Shown here piece by piece: positions 37,700 to 52,109 of a stretch of 64,000 nt of DNA. A program made the translations under genes and the position numbers. The DNA comes from Hypanus sabinus (Eukaryota). Within the stretch, counting starts at the first letter, position 1, and every line of letters begins with the position of its first letter. The stretch covers positions 49,290,001 through 49,354,000 of the forward strand of contig NC_082719.1 of assembly GCF_030144855.1 (NCBI RefSeq), written 5' to 3'. The notes beneath the pieces were generated by a model, which saw only the letters and a list, made by a program, of their open reading frames with translations, made no database searches and was not told the origin of the DNA.

Positions 37700-40040
37700 T
37701 GATCTGCATGCAGAGTTTTCTTTCTCCCTCATACATGCTTTGTGAACCATATAGGGAAGACATCAACGGACTCACTGGTTGCATGGCTGGCTGCATCAAC
37801 TTCTGTGTCAATGCTCTAACACCATCAAGGACTGTTCGCTGCTTCCCTAACAAAAGCCATGGGTCACCAGTGATCTGAAGGCTCTTCTCTACCACAGAAG
37901 GAGTCTTTAGATCAGGAGACGTGGAGGTATTGAAGCATGGGCAGAGGGAATTATAAAGAGGAACACGGGAGCAAGCTGGAGAACAAACGTGGGCAGAGTG
38001 GCAAACGGGAGGTGTGAAGAACATCACTAGCTTCAATCAGCCTAGATGTAGCACCTTGGACTGCCGCCACGAATGGGCTGATGAGGTAAGCCAATTTTTC
38101 TATAGGTTTGACAATTGCCCTGCCATTCAGACTCCTTTCAGCACACCAGCTCCCTCAGCACCAATGCCTCACCTCTTTCCTCCTCCCCCCTCCAGTTCAA
38201 TATGTGGATGAACAACACAGGCTACCACTCCTCTCCTTGCCCTGCACCTACCATCCACACTTCCATATATGAACTGTTAATGTCCCGATCTTCACCTCCC
38301 CCATCCCCCACCTTCCGCCAACTCCCCAGTCATCATGGACTCAGCTTCACTACTGAGCAGGTGAGAAGGGCTTTGGGGAAATTCAGACATGGCAAAGCAG
38401 CAGGACCAGATGGTGTGAACCCCAAGGTGCTGAAGGAGTGTGGAGTGTGGAGTCTCCAGAGCGTTTTCAATCTGAATCTCAGCCTGGAAAGGGTCCCAAC
38501 TGTGTGGAAAACATCATGCGTGATCCTAGTACCCAAGAAGGGCTGACTAAAAGTCTTGAATGACTACCGTCCAGTGGCCCTGACAACACACATCAAGAAG
38601 ACCCTAGAGAGGCTGATCCTGGCTCACCTCTGACCCCTGGTCAGATCAAACAGTCTCCTGCAGTATGCCCACCAGGAGCACATTGGAGCCAATGATGCTG
38701 TATCTACCTGCTGGGCAGAGCCTGCTCCCATCTGGATTAGCAGGGCAGCACTGTGAGGATCATGTTTTTGATTTCTCAAGTGCCTTCAATACCATGCAGC
38801 CCTCATTGCCGGGGGAAGAGCTCCATTCAATGCAGTTTGGTGCTTCCAATGTTTCCTGGATAATGGACTACCTGACTGGCAGACCACAGTTTGTGCAGCT
38901 TCAGAGCTGTGTGTCAGACATGGCTATAAGCAGCACTGGGGCCCCACGGGGGACTGCATTGGCTCCCTTCCTATTTACCCTGTATACTTCAGAATTTAAA
39001 TGCAACACTAAGTCATGTCATCTGCAGAAGTTCTCTGATGATTCAGTAATAGTTGGGTGTATAAAGGGAGGATGGGAGGATGAATACAGGCCCTGGTGAA
39101 GGACTTTGTCAAATGGTACAAGCTGAATCATCTGCAGCTCATCATCAGTAAGACAAAGGAGATGCTGATGGACTTTAGGAAGACTAAGGCTATACTGCTC
39201 CCTGTTACTATTGATGGGGAGGATGTGGATGTGGTGAGGACCTCCAAGTACCCGGGGGTGCATTGGACGACAACCTTTAGAGGAGCACCAATACAGAGGC
39301 TGTGTACAAGAAGGGCCAGACTCGCCTCTACTTCCTGAGGAGACTGAGGTCCTTTGGAGTATGCAGGCCTCTCCTTCACATGTTCTACCAGTCTGTTGTC
39401 AGCAGTATTATCTTTTATGTGGTGGTGTGCTGGGGCAATGGCATCAACATGGCTAATGCCAACAGGCTCGATAAACTGATTAGAAAGGCTGGCTTTGTTA
39501 TAGGGGTTAAACTGGAAGCTGTGGTAGAACAAAGGACTCTCTGGAAAATCCTAAAAATTCCGAACAATGTTTCTCACCCTCTGCACACCAGCTTGGCTGA
39601 ACAGAGGAGCACTTTTAGTAATAGACAAAGCCAACTGCGCTGTCCAAAGAGCGCTATACAAGGCCATTCTTACTCTCAGCCATTAGGCTCAAGTGAGTCA
39701 ACCTATAGCCGGGAATGTTATGAATCTCTCCTGTTAGACTGTTATCCCCCTGCTTAACTGTTTACCCCACCCTGTGTAATACTGGCATCAATTCTTATCT
39801 GGATGGCATGAATGTGCACCCATTACTGTACAATATTATGGTAATTCTTGCACTACTATCTCATCAGGTTGAACTTGTAAATCTTGTAAGCATTGACGTG
39901 TAAATCTTGTACATCTTATTTTTAAGGTAACAACTTTTTTTACTCGTTCTTACTTCTCTTTTAATATTTGGATATCTGTGCACTTGTAACACTACTGTGA
40001 CACTGGAATTTGCTTTGGAATAAATAAAGTATCTATCTAT
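37700..40040 (+). mobile_element. Rex/Babar LINE, 5'-truncated
   Basis: CINFCV...FPNK, KAAGPDGV, VPTVWKTSCVILVPK, DFSSAFNT, GAPRGTALAPFLF, KFSDD, YFLRRLRSFGV; (ATCT)n tail. Confidence 0.88.
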
Positions 40041-40813
40041 TGTATCTTTCTTAAAGTGGCAGCATTACCATTGCTGTTTTCTAATTCAATGGTAGTGTTA
40101 TAAAATCTGGAGGATTTTGGTGTCTCTGCTGTCACCTAGAATTCCAGGGACCAGGCATTAGGTTGAGGATTTTGTTAACCATCAACCTTATTACCTATGT
40201 GCTGGTTTCCCTCAATTAATTAGTCTGAAATCCTCATTCTTATTTATATACTCAGTTCCCTACTATATTTAGAATAGTTTTGAACCCTTTACAAAAAAGA
40301 TGAATGTAAAATACTTACTTAAATTTCAATACATTTCTTACTGTATTTTTCTGACTCTGTCTCCACGGGGAACACACTTCATTACTCCTTTTATTGTTAC
40401 ATATTTGGAAAAGCTCTTCCGATTAGTTTCATATTTCTTGCTAAATTACTCATTTAATACTTCTGGTTTTTCAATCTTCAATGCTTTTTAAATCCTCCCA
40501 CTGTTTAAGCCTAAGATCTGTTCCAATGATTTGTTGTTGTTTAGCTAAAAGACTTCTTTATGGAGCATATATTTCTAAATAAAATGAAACTTAATTAAAA
40601 ATTTTCAGGTATTTCAAATATAAATGTGTATGGTTGTACATCCTGTCAGAAAATTAACTATAAATTTATGATTCATTTTCATCACTTTTACTGATGTAAT
40701 CAGCTTTGTATATGTTGTGACTTCAGTTTCAGACTCGAGAATTTATCATTAAACTAAAGGAGGAATTCTATCATATAATGATCAGTCTTCCCCAAGCAGC
40801 AGAGCTGATACTG

Positions 40814-40960
40814 AATGTTTGCTTGTAATGAATGAGTTTGAGGCTTTAGAAAAAAGCAGAATATTGATCATTGTAAATGAATGATGGGTTGAGATACATA
40901 ACATTCGTTTTCTTGATTTCTCTTTTTCTAGCCAAACATTTTTCCAGAATTGGAAAGGGA
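40814..40960 (+). repeat. Diverged ~150-bp direct repeat, copy 1
   Basis: Shares AATGTTTGCTTG, AAAAAGCAGA, GAATGAT, CCAGAATTGGAAAGG in order with 41639-41790. Confidence 0.75.
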
Positions 40961-41638
40961 ACTACAAACTTAATATGAGATCATCTCTCATTACATTAAA
41001 TCAGTTTTGAAATAGCCTGGTTTAACCTCATTGCATTTATTTGGTCCAAATGCATTCTATGAACTCATCTTCTTATCAACGTATCAATAAGAAAATTATT
41101 GGAATCATTTTGACAAGCTCTTATTTTCCTTGATCAATGTCCTGTTAAATGTTTACTGTTAGAGTGCCTCAAAGCAAAGGGGCATAAGGAATGGACTAAT
41201 TGGCTGCTTGAACATCCTCTGCCAATGAATTTGATCACAATTAATCTGATGTCAGCCTCAGTTTTAACTTCCTAACTGATTTCCATTTCCATTTATTATC
41301 ATTCTGCTAAACTCCACAAACGTATCGTTTGTTCTTAAAGATTTAAAGACCATGAATGTTCTTAAAGACTTATAGTGCCTATGTCTCTCCGGAGTAGAGA
41401 ATTCCAAGGTCAGAACTGAGGGTAGGTTCTTCCTTGTTTCAGTCTTAAATGTCCAGTCCTTTAACTTGTGACTGAACTCTGTTAGTTAGGAACATTGTTT
41501 TATTTACGATCATAATTTTAAAATGTTCATTTTCAGATCATTAAAGAAAACATGAACTCTGCAATAGGTAAAATATTTTGTCACTTCATATTATATTTAT
41601 TTTAACAGGTGTTCATCCTGTCAAGAGAATTGGTAATA

Positions 41639-41790
41639 AATGTTTGCTTGCAATAAATGAGTTAGAGTCCTGAGGAAAAAGCAGACAATGAGTGAGAATA
41701 AAGGAATGATTGGTTGTGATGGATGATGTATTCATTTTATTGGTTTCCATCTCCTTTTCCAGCAAAATCTTTTACCAGAATTGGAAAGGA
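41639..41790 (+). repeat. Diverged ~150-bp direct repeat, copy 2
   Basis: Collinear with 40814-40960. Confidence 0.75.
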
Positions 41791-42704
41791 CAGTTCAAGG
41801 TTTCATCCTGGGATTCCTGTTATAGACAATCATTGACTATCCCCCTCATTCAATGAATCCATACAATGAAAGTCTGTTGTCTTACTAGTTGGAAATGCTG
41901 ATTATTGTCATCTTGCTCTCTCATTCAAGTCTGCAGGACACCCTTCCTGATCTCCCACACTTCATTTCAAGTTACCAGGACCACTGTTGCCACTCACCCT
42001 AGAATGCATTTGGACCATGTTAGTGCCCTGCTTTTAAATTCACTGGGGTCCCAGTTCGTACGCTCGTTTTAGACTAACCAGGCCCCCATTGCCTACGCTC
42101 CCTCAAAGCTTACAGGATTCACTGGAAAACTTATTATAACATCAAAACTTGTGAATTAAAATTTGTTTGGGTATTAGTAGACATAATATCATTAATCTAA
42201 AAGAGAAAAAAATAGTCAATCCAGCACCACTAAGGTTTTGAGTATAATCAGAATTTTACTGTTACGTCATGTTAATCACCACTTGTAGGAGGCACTGAGA
42301 GCAGCAAATGCACAAACATACTGCCTGTGGATGACTCCATTCTCAGTCACCAAAATCAGCCGACAGCCTGACCACCAGGTGAACTACCTAATTCATGCAG
42401 GACTTAGTTCCTGGACTAAGCTTGTGGTCTCTGGTCCAACATAAATCAATGCAAAGGGATAGTTTATCTGATGAACAAGGTACTTGCTAGATCCCTGCAG
42501 ATTTAGTAGGATAGACGACAAAGTAGCTTTTTGGAGAGTAGGAGCTACCTTGATTAACCATGAACCCATTGAATGTAAAGTCTGAATGGTGGAGGAGGTT
42601 ATTGATTAGAAGATATGATTTGGTAAGTCTTCATTAATTGCTTTTGAATTTATTTGACTTATATTCCCTGCAGTGGATGACAAAGAACTCTCTGGAATTT
42701 TATT

Positions 42705-43265
42705 GAGATTATTTTATTAGTATTTGCATTGGTTTATTATTGTCACATGTATCAAGATAAGTGAAAAGCTTGTCTCGCATACTGGTTATACAGCTCAAAT
42801 CATTACACAGTGCATTCAGATAGAATAAGATAAACAGTAACAATGAAGACAAAAGTGTAAAATCTAGAGAAAGTGTAGTGCAGGTAAACAATAAGGTGCA
42901 ATATCATAACCAGCTAAATTGTGAGGCCAAGTGTCCATCTTTTTGTACAGGAGGTCAGTTCATGATTCTGATAAAGTGGGATAGAAGCTGTCATTGAGCC
43001 TGGTGGTGTGTGCTTTAAAGCCTTTGAGTCTCCTGCCGGACGGGAGAGGGTTGAGAAAACAATATCTGGCATGGGCGGGGACGTTGATTATGCTGGCTGC
43101 TTTACTGAGGCAGTGGGAAGTGTAGACAGAGATGTAGATGGGATTCTGGTTTCTGTGATGCATTTCTAATGGTCATGTGCACAGCAGTTGCCACAGCAAG
43201 ACGTTATGCATCCACGTGGAATGCCTTCTATGGAGCATTGATAAAAATTGGTAAGAATTGATTGG
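42705..43265 (-). mobile_element. Rex1 3' fragment
   Basis: HCLSKAASII...PLPSGRR...TTRLNDSFYP; UTR homologous to 36400-36670. Confidence 0.8.
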
Positions 43266-46200
43266 TATATCTTACACATACTTGGCTGCAGTAATTTTTA
43301 ATTTAACTTTAGATCCTATGCTAAAAAATCGTATCATATGATACACTGTAACTTAGCGTTTTCTCCCTGAAGATCCATTATCAGTCTGAAACTAACCCTT
43401 CAAGGTATTAAAGTAGATTTTGCTGTTTCCAGGATCTTGCTATCCAGAAATTTGTCTTTGTCCAGCAACTCTTCTCAAAAATAAAATGTTGACTATGAAG
43501 GGCTTTTGAATGTTCTGCAGGTGTAAGCTGTTCCATATAAATGTCAATTCTTTTTTAATGTGATCACTGCAGATCATATCCATTTAGCTTACAAATTCTT
43601 TTAAGTAGTTAAACACTACAGGCCTAACTCAGGCAAATGGAATTAATGTAGATAGGCTTATAGTTGGCGTGGCAAGGTGGGCTGACAGGGCTCATATCTA
43701 TGTTGTATGTTTCTAAGAGAATTTTAAGTTAATACAACTTTGAAATAAATAGTTTACACCATATCAAGGTGTTTGGGGAGGAGTGCAATAAAAGCTTTGT
43801 GACTATGATCAAAATAGAACTGCCACTTGCATCACATATGTCTTCTCAATTCAATGTCACATCCTTCTAATTGCAGCCAAAAACTGAATATTCTACTGCT
43901 GACCAAGAACAAATCTTCATAGATATGGGCATATTTTTCATACATTCAAACATCTTTGAGTTATATTTTACGTTCAATTTCCGTGCCCAAGGCACTCCAT
44001 CTACTTGCTTGAGAATGGCCCTCACTTTTCTTTCCTCCTTCATATGCATTTGTCATGTTGAATGAAGGCTGGATACTAACATTGGCTGTACCAGCCACGA
44101 GTGGAAATTGCTCATAATATTATTAAAAGTAGGGCTCAATGTTCTCTGCATATTTTACTAAATTGAATGTAATTGGTTTACATTAGCTCTTGATTTTAAC
44201 TCCATAAAGCCCTCGCTGCCACTTTTACATTTTATATGCATTTTACAAAATCCATTTTAAACCATTTAGAACAATTGAAGAGAGGAAAATAGATGAATCA
44301 TTAGAATATTTCCTATCAGTGTAAATAGGGTAATTTCAGAACAACAGCTTTCTTTAAAAATATTTATTTTAAACACTATTCATTATTTTCATGTTTTACA
44401 TCTTATTGGCAAGCCACAATTTTTCATTGTTTTTCTATTTATTTAAAACTATTTTTTAGGTTTTCTGCATAAGGACCACACAGTAACTTTAACTATTTTG
44501 GGTTTTTTCTTAGAATTAAATGCTCAAGCAAATATAGCTTTAAGCAAAATTATAATTTAATATCAAGTAAAGCATAAGTAACCTAGTAATAACTCCAATA
44601 AATGCATAATGTTCCTCATTAGCAAAAGTATTTAGGAAAATGTTTTGCTATCTTTAATAAATCAACAAACTTAAAGTACAATGAATTGCTGAAGCACATA
44701 GAATGAGTTCCAACTCTGCTCCATAACATTATTTTAAAATTTTGAAATTACATGACCTGGCAGATCTATTTCCTGGGCTTTACAGAAATTATGGTTTCTT
44801 TTCCTTCTTTATTATTCTAAAACGGTACACGCAGATACAAGTCTATCTTCCAAATGGCAGAAAGGCTTTGTGTGTTAAAATACGTGTCTCTGGTAATGAG
44901 TGGAGTTTGCACATTTCAATATTCAGCTTTCTAAACAAAGACAAAATATGCTTGTCCTAAATTCCAGCTGTTGTGTGGAATTCACCAAACACAAGATTCA
45001 CCCAAGGGCATAACCTGCTTTGGCTGCATGCTGAGGAATGCATTCATATACAATTTTGTTGTGCATTACTTTATGACAGGCATTAAGCAATTTAAAATAA
45101 AAACAATGATTTTGTAAAAACACATGCTATGAGAGGAAAATTAAGTCCCAAAATAATATGAATATTTGCTTAAGGGATTTCCTCAAGGACAGTATGTTAT
45201 TTTTCGGTTGAAATTGCTTTATTTCCATACAGCTCCAGAACAGAAACTACCATTTTAAATCTGCCATACAGCAGTTCAATATAATGTCATTTGATCTGTG
45301 TTTCAAAATATTTTTTAAAATTGTGTAATATTATCATCCTTTAATTCTATTAATTATGCAGCACAACCATTCAAATCTTTGGTGTCACAGCATTGTAGAA
45401 GAGTGGAGATGGAAGCAAGTACTGGTTATTGGTTAAAGGATGTCCCACTACTAAAAGATTCTCATGTATGAGAAAAGTTAAAGTTGAAATAACTTTACGA
45501 ATTATCTTTTCTATCTGAAATTAAGATTTTTAGTTGGATTTCATTTCCACAATTGCTTCTCCAGTCAGCTTGGAGATTTTATGGTTATAATCAACTATTG
45601 CCAGTAGATCAAAACTAAATTCTGCATATACAGAACAAATTGTTGAATAGTTCAGTATTTCTACCATTTTGTTTAGCTTTCAAATGATAGGTTATTTAAT
45701 AATTCACAATGGTTTAAAAGAGCCTAGAATACTAGCTTTTGCAAGCTTCATGATGAATGGTGTTGCGTTCAATAAACCAGTAAACAGTAACAAAATATAT
45801 GAACTATGTTCTCCTGAAGTTGTAATGGTTAGCAAATAACTTACTGAAAGGAAACTGTTTAACTTGGGATTTATAAAAATGTCGTACAGATAACAAAATT
45901 TTGGAAGCATCTCAGATTGTTATTAGACAAAGATTTTTCAGATTCTGATGTATTTTTAGTGCCTATTTGTTGCACAAGGAGACATGAAAACAGTTACTGA
46001 ATCAAAACCAACCAAAGTAATGCAAGTGACCTGAGGGGCCAATGTATTAATGTGTGAGAGCTGGTTTCTTTATTCCAGTTGGTAAAATAAATAACAAGTT
46101 TTGTTGCCTGTGCCTAAAGGCTTAATTTGGAAAAGTTGACTTTTGGCCACCTTATCCAAAGAAAGTAATGGATTTATGTTAACATGGTATTAATTTTGAG

Positions 46201-46319
46201 CCACTGACAAATTCTGAAGGTGAGGAGGCATTACATGGATTCATCAAACTCTACGGGATAGAAAATGGACGTTTGGCCAACCATGTTGGCATGGACTTGA
46301 TGGGACAATTGATGGGAGG

Positions 46320-46502
46320 GTCTGTAGTCTAGTGTAGTTGTGTGTTTTTTCTATGTAGTTCAGTCTAATTTTTGTAATGTGTCATGTAACACCATGGTCC
46401 TGAAAAACATTGTCTCATTTTTACTATGTACTGTACCAGCAGTTATGGTTGAAATGACAATAAAAGTGACTTGACGACTTGATTTGACTTGACTTGACTT
46501 GA
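46320..46502 (+). mobile_element. LINE/SINE 3' tail ending in (GACTT)n
   Basis: AATAAAA followed by GACTT repeats. Confidence 0.55.
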
Positions 46503-47599
46503 ATTGGCCCACTTCCAAGGAGACCACCAAGCATCTCTCTACAATAATTCCATTTTATCTTCTCACTTTCTATCAATTCCCCACAAATTTGTACCATTCC
46601 AGGAACAATTTACTTTATCTGCTGAACGGTAGCAGTCAGGCTTTGATCAGAATGGACCTGAAATACAATGGCTGCAGACATATGCCCTGACAGTCTAGAT
46701 AAGTTGTGAGGAGTGTCATCTGCTAAGATGCTCTGCAGGTCTATGTGGTGTCAGATTCATTTGGGAAGGAAGGAAATGCAAATACATTTTTTAGTACTTT
46801 TGAAATATCTTTATAAGCCATTTTTGCATGCACCCTGCATCAGTTTCCAAACTATTTGACAAGATGTGGTAACAGGCAATTACGATGCATTGCTAATGAG
46901 TAGCATTCCCGTGGGAAAGGACACTTGGAAAATTAACCTACCTTAACATTATCATAACAGTATATTGTAAATGTAACTTGACTGTTGGTTAATCTTTCAG
47001 TTTCCCAGCCAATGACTTAGTCCTTACATAACGAATCACTGAATAGTTAGGGCACACTGAGTTCCTTGTAAACACCCACATATAAATTTCTAAAGGTTTG
47101 TCCTAGTATGACAGGTGGTTACTACAGAAAATCTCATCATTTATTTCCAAAGGAATATCAAAAAAAATTACATGACAAGGTAGGAGGATTGTCACATTTC
47201 TTTGATATATTAAAAATGCTAACTTAAGTGTCAGAAACAAAAATAAAAAGGAACAGCTTCTGGGTTTGACATTTATTTTGCTGAAAGAGCTGGAAGATCT
47301 ACAAAAGTTTTCCACCTACACAAATGATGTAATTGTGATGATGTCAACATGCCATCCCTTAATGGTAATGAAATAGCAAAATGGAAAAAAATATCGCTAT
47401 CAAATCACTAAAATAAATAATGAGTCATTGTGTTGTACAGTATAGAAATGGGCTTTTCAGCCCACCATATCAATGCTGGCCATTTTGACCATTGACACTC
47501 ATCTCATTTGCCCACAATAGGGCTGCAGGCGACAGTCTATAGTAGCAACCAGCTTTAAGCAGGCTTCACGTATACAGGTGTGCACAAAAAATGTGGTAA

Positions 47600-48300
47600 C
47601 CTGCCTCGATGTCTGTCATCCAGGAGTACCTACGTCCACAGTGATGAAATGCTTTGTGAGGTTGGAGGTGAAACATAACAACTCCTACCTGAGATACGAG
47701 TTGGGTCCACTCTAATTTGCCTACCGTCACAACAGGTCAGCAAAGGATGCCATTTCATTGGCTCTTCACTAAATCCTGGAACATCTGGACAGAGATGCTC
47801 TTCACTGACTACAGCTCTGCACTCAACACTATCATCCCTTTAAAACGAATCAGTAACCTTCAAGATGTTGGCCCCAATACTTCCATGCACAAATGATCCT
47901 CGATTTCCTCACTTGCAGACCTGAGTCAGTTCAGGTTGGCAACAATGTCTTCACAATCACCATCAGCACAGATGCACCACAAGGCTCTGTGCTTAGAACC
48001 CTGCTTTATTTGCTTTATACTTATGACTGTGAGGCTGAGTACAGCGTGAGTACAACATATGGCTCACTTTCAAGGACTTTGCAGCTAATGTTCTCAATAT
48101 TCATTGCTTATTCATTTATTACTATTTTTATCTTTTTGTACTATTTGTTGTCTTTTGAACATTGGCTGTTTGTCTGTCTTTGCTGTTTCCTGTCTCATTA
48201 ATTTTATTGTGTTTCTTTGTATTTCTGTGAATGTCGGCAAGAAAATAAATCCCAGGGGAGTATGTGGTGACATATTGATAATAAATTTACTTTGAACTTT
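47600..48300 (+). mobile_element. Rex1 RT fragment plus 3' UTR
   Basis: ILDFLTCRPESVQVG...APQGSVL...LYTYDC; tail AATAAATTTACTTTGAACTTTG. Confidence 0.75.
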
Positions 48301-48399
48301 GTATCCATCTAATGTCTTGGATGTTTAATTGTCTGTTTAAATTCCTCTTCATCGTTTAAATGATTATGACTTTCTTATGAGACTAAACTCCTAGTCATA

Positions 48400-49500
48400 G
48401 ACCCTTCCAAGACTGATCAGATCGCCTCTCATGTTTCAAAATCTCAATGATATCAGATCCATCTTGTTAAGATAGATATTCCTATCTTTCATTATAAGAT
48501 AGCCCTTCCACGCACAGGGTCCTTTCTGAATTGCCTCCAATAACATTTATTGTCCTTTAAAGAATGAAATCATAACTGTATTTAGTAATCTTGATGTAGC
48601 CTCACAAGTGTTTTGTATGGCTGTGGTAAGACTTTTGCTTTTCTTATATTCCAACTCTCTTGAAGGAAAAGCCAGCATTCCATTAATGTATACAATTACC
48701 TGTTATGCCAGCATGCTCGCTCTCTGTGCTTTATATATGAGAACCCCACAATACCTTTATGCTGCAGATTTCTGAAGACCATGCCTAATTAGAGTATTAT
48801 CAGCTTTATCATTCTTCCCTTCAGAATGAAGTGGACACCTTGACATTTTTCAATACTATATGCAATTTAGTAACTTTTTACCTCATTCATTAATCAATCA
48901 GTATAACTCTGCAAACTGTTTGCATCCTCCCTACATCCAGCCTTCCCATTATGCATCATTTAGAAAATTAGCTTCAAGGCATTTGCTTCACTCCTTTAAA
49001 TCAATAATATATATTGTAAACATCCGGCGTCCCTGTACTGTTCACTGCCAACATAAAAATGATCCCCTCATCCCACTCACTGCATCCTGCAGGCTAGTCA
49101 GTCATCCGACATGCTAATATATTACCTACATTAAGTGTTCTTGTTCAGTAACCTTTTGCATAGCATTTTGACAAAAGCCTTTTAAAAATCCATATTTATT
49201 ACATCTATGAGTTTCCCTATATCTAATCTGGCTGATATATTTGTCAAGAACTCCAATTAATTTTTGGATGCTCCTTTCCCTTCATAAACCAATGATGACT
49301 CTGGCTATGACTTTCCAAATGTTCTGTTATTATTTCCAAATAAACAATTTTAACAGTTTTAACAGTCTATAGTTAGCTGCATTTACCTGCAATGCTTTTT
49401 GAATAAAGGTATCAGCAAAGTAAAGGTATCTTCAGTCCTTGGTTATCTTTCCAGAATGTAACGACATTTGGAAGATAACAACTATTGTGTCCACTATTTC
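48400..49500 (-). mobile_element. Ancient CR1-like ORF2 remnant
   Basis: Collinear weak similarity to the minus-strand CR1 at 57295-58715 (e.g. TTTTGACAAAAGCCTTT, AAACCAATGATGACT). Boundaries uncertain. Confidence 0.5.
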
Positions 49501-51833
49501 TTTTTGAATCCAAGTGTTCAAGCCATCAGGTCTTGGAGATCACCTTTCACACCACTGACTTGCTTAAACCAAATTTTCCAGTGAAACATAGAATATCTAT
49601 GTCTGTGCAATCAGAGTATCAGGCTAAACTAGTGCTTATCTGTTTGCACAAAGTCCATATCTGTCTATTCCCTGATACAGTTGGTACTTAATTCCTCTTC
49701 AGCATTATTCAGTATTTATGGGCAGCTCATCGTTCTTTTCTTTTACTATAAAAACTCATCTGGAATATGTTTAATTCCTCTGCTATTTCCTCATTCCTTA
49801 TTATTATATCCCTAGCTTCATGTTCTGTAAGGTAGCTTGCTTCCTTTTCATGGGCTCAAAAAAGCTCTTATTCTAAGTATTTTTTATATTTCTCATTTGG
49901 TTTAAGGTTATTTTCTCCCTCCTTGTTTTTTTGTTGGCCTTCTTTTGCAGGATTCTGGTTTTATCACATTGTTTCCGCCTACCACTTGTGTCACTTCATC
50001 TCAATATCCTTCTTAATTTACTTGGTTAGCCATAAATGGTTCATTCTGCAAAATCACGATTGCTCATTCCAACCTTCTAATAATCCTTCCTTTTCATTGG
50101 ACAGTATTTTGACTAGCATTCATAAATCAGCCCTTTAGGTTTCTACTGCTCCTTTCTTAACAAGTAACCAATAACCTGCTACTTTCTTAACAAATAACCA
50201 ATTTACAGTCCACTTTAACCAATTCTATCCTCATTCCTTTGCATTTCCCCTTAAGCTTGATACAGTTGTTTCAGACTCAAGTTTCCCCTTCTCAAGCTGC
50301 ATCTTAAATCCTAACATGCTGTCTCCTCTTGCTACTAAGAGATCTTTTACTCAGTGACCATTTATAGAACTTATTTCATTATTTATTACCAGATTTAAAC
50401 TCATAGATTGGAATAGGTTTCTAGAGCAATACATCTGGTTCCATGATGTATTGCTCTGGGAAACTATTCCAAATACATTCTATTTTCTTGGCTATCAGTT
50501 CCAATTTGATTAACCTGATCAATACGAAGACTGAAGTTACCCATGGTTTATATATTATTCATTTTACCCACCTTCTGGTTCAGCCGTGACTGGCTTCATG
50601 GATGCGGACTCACTTCGGTGAGCTTCAGTTCTGATGTTATTTGCTTACTTTTATTGTTTACATGATTTGTGTTTTTTCTGCACATTGGGTGCTTGATGGT
50701 CTTTTTTAAATGGGTTTTATTGGGTTTCTTTGTTTTGCAACTGCTGTAAGGAGACGAATCTCAAGGTTGTATATAGTATGCATACTCCGATAATAAATGT
50801 GCTTGGAACTTTGAACATCCATTATTTCTTGATTTATACTATTTTGGGGCATTATTTGGAGGACTAAATGCTATTCTCCAACTGTTTTCTTCCTTTTGAC
50901 ATTTTATCTGGAGACAAATCATCTCTCAGTCCTGTCAGCTCAAAGAAAAAGAATTCCAGTTACTCTAGCCTATTCTTGCAAATGAATTTCCCCATTCATG
51001 AAAAGATCTTCCCAAGTATCTCCTGCATATTTTCAGGATTTTTATTTCCTTTCTCTAACATAGTACCCACAATTGGATGTATTACTCTGCCACCTGCCTT
51101 AGATTCAGATTTATTTATCGCATGTATGTCGAGACATTGAAATGCATCAATTATATTAACAACTAATACAGCCAAGAATGTGCTGGGGACAAGTGCTGCC
51201 ATACAATCCAACCTTGTTCTTCTTATTCCTGTTATTACCTCTTTACTGTATAGGAATGTTGTAATCGTTGTGTATCTTGTACACCTAAATCCAAATCATT
51301 GATCTCCACACAGAGTGGATTTTCCTGAACTACTGACCTTCAAGAGAATGTTATTGGGCATCAACTGTTATGGGAAAGATAACTTAACAGTTGACTGTGA
51401 AGACAGTAGTAAATCAAAGCAACAAAACCAATAGCCAAAAAACAGAACAGGTTTTATAGTAGAGAAAATGATAAATGTCACCTTTATTTGAAGTAAAACT
51501 GGAATCCAAAGTTGATATTGGAAATTGTGGAACTGACACTAGGCTCAATGTTTTAGAGAAGCTAGCTAGATTCATAACTTTATTATACAGTTTCATTTTC
51601 TCATTTATTGAACACAATATATAAATTGGAATGTTCAATTACTCTTCCACTGCAACTTGTCCACTTTGTTTTACTTTCATCAAGCAATTGCACACATCAC
51701 TTCAGGAGTAAGGGATCCCGGTCTGGTTGAAAGGGACTATCAAGCATCACAAGGGAGGCAAAGTAATTGAGCCATCAAGGAAAGTGACACAGAATTAGAA
51801 CAGGTCAAATAACAAAAGGCATGTCTGCGATGT

Positions 51834-52050
51834 TGATGCACCATCAATAACTCCCGGAAATGGGAGGCGAACGATAGGCTTTTATTAGCTGCAAAAGACC
51901 ACCTTTCGCAGCAAGAGACCACCACACAACATCCTGGAGACTGAGGGAGGAGCAGTACCTTCAACCACCTTTATACAGGGGTCTGTGGGAGGAGCCACAG
52001 GAGCAGTCAGCAGGGGGGCATGTCCAGACAGGTATATGTAGTTCAACACA
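51834..52050 (-). repeat. 3' LTR
   Basis: Reverse complement of the 60220-60434 LTR family, preceded on (-) by the PPT AAGGGGGGGGGTGAA. Confidence 0.93.
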
Positions 52051-52109
52051 TTCACCCCCCCCCTTGTTTTAAAAGAGTCCCCATGGGGCGAAGTTTCTTA
52101 CAAGTATAT

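Noticed and set aside
43000-51800. Short ORFs and AG/GT signals in the AT-rich stretch as host exons
   Set aside because: No recognisable domains or consistent exon chain; expected by chance.
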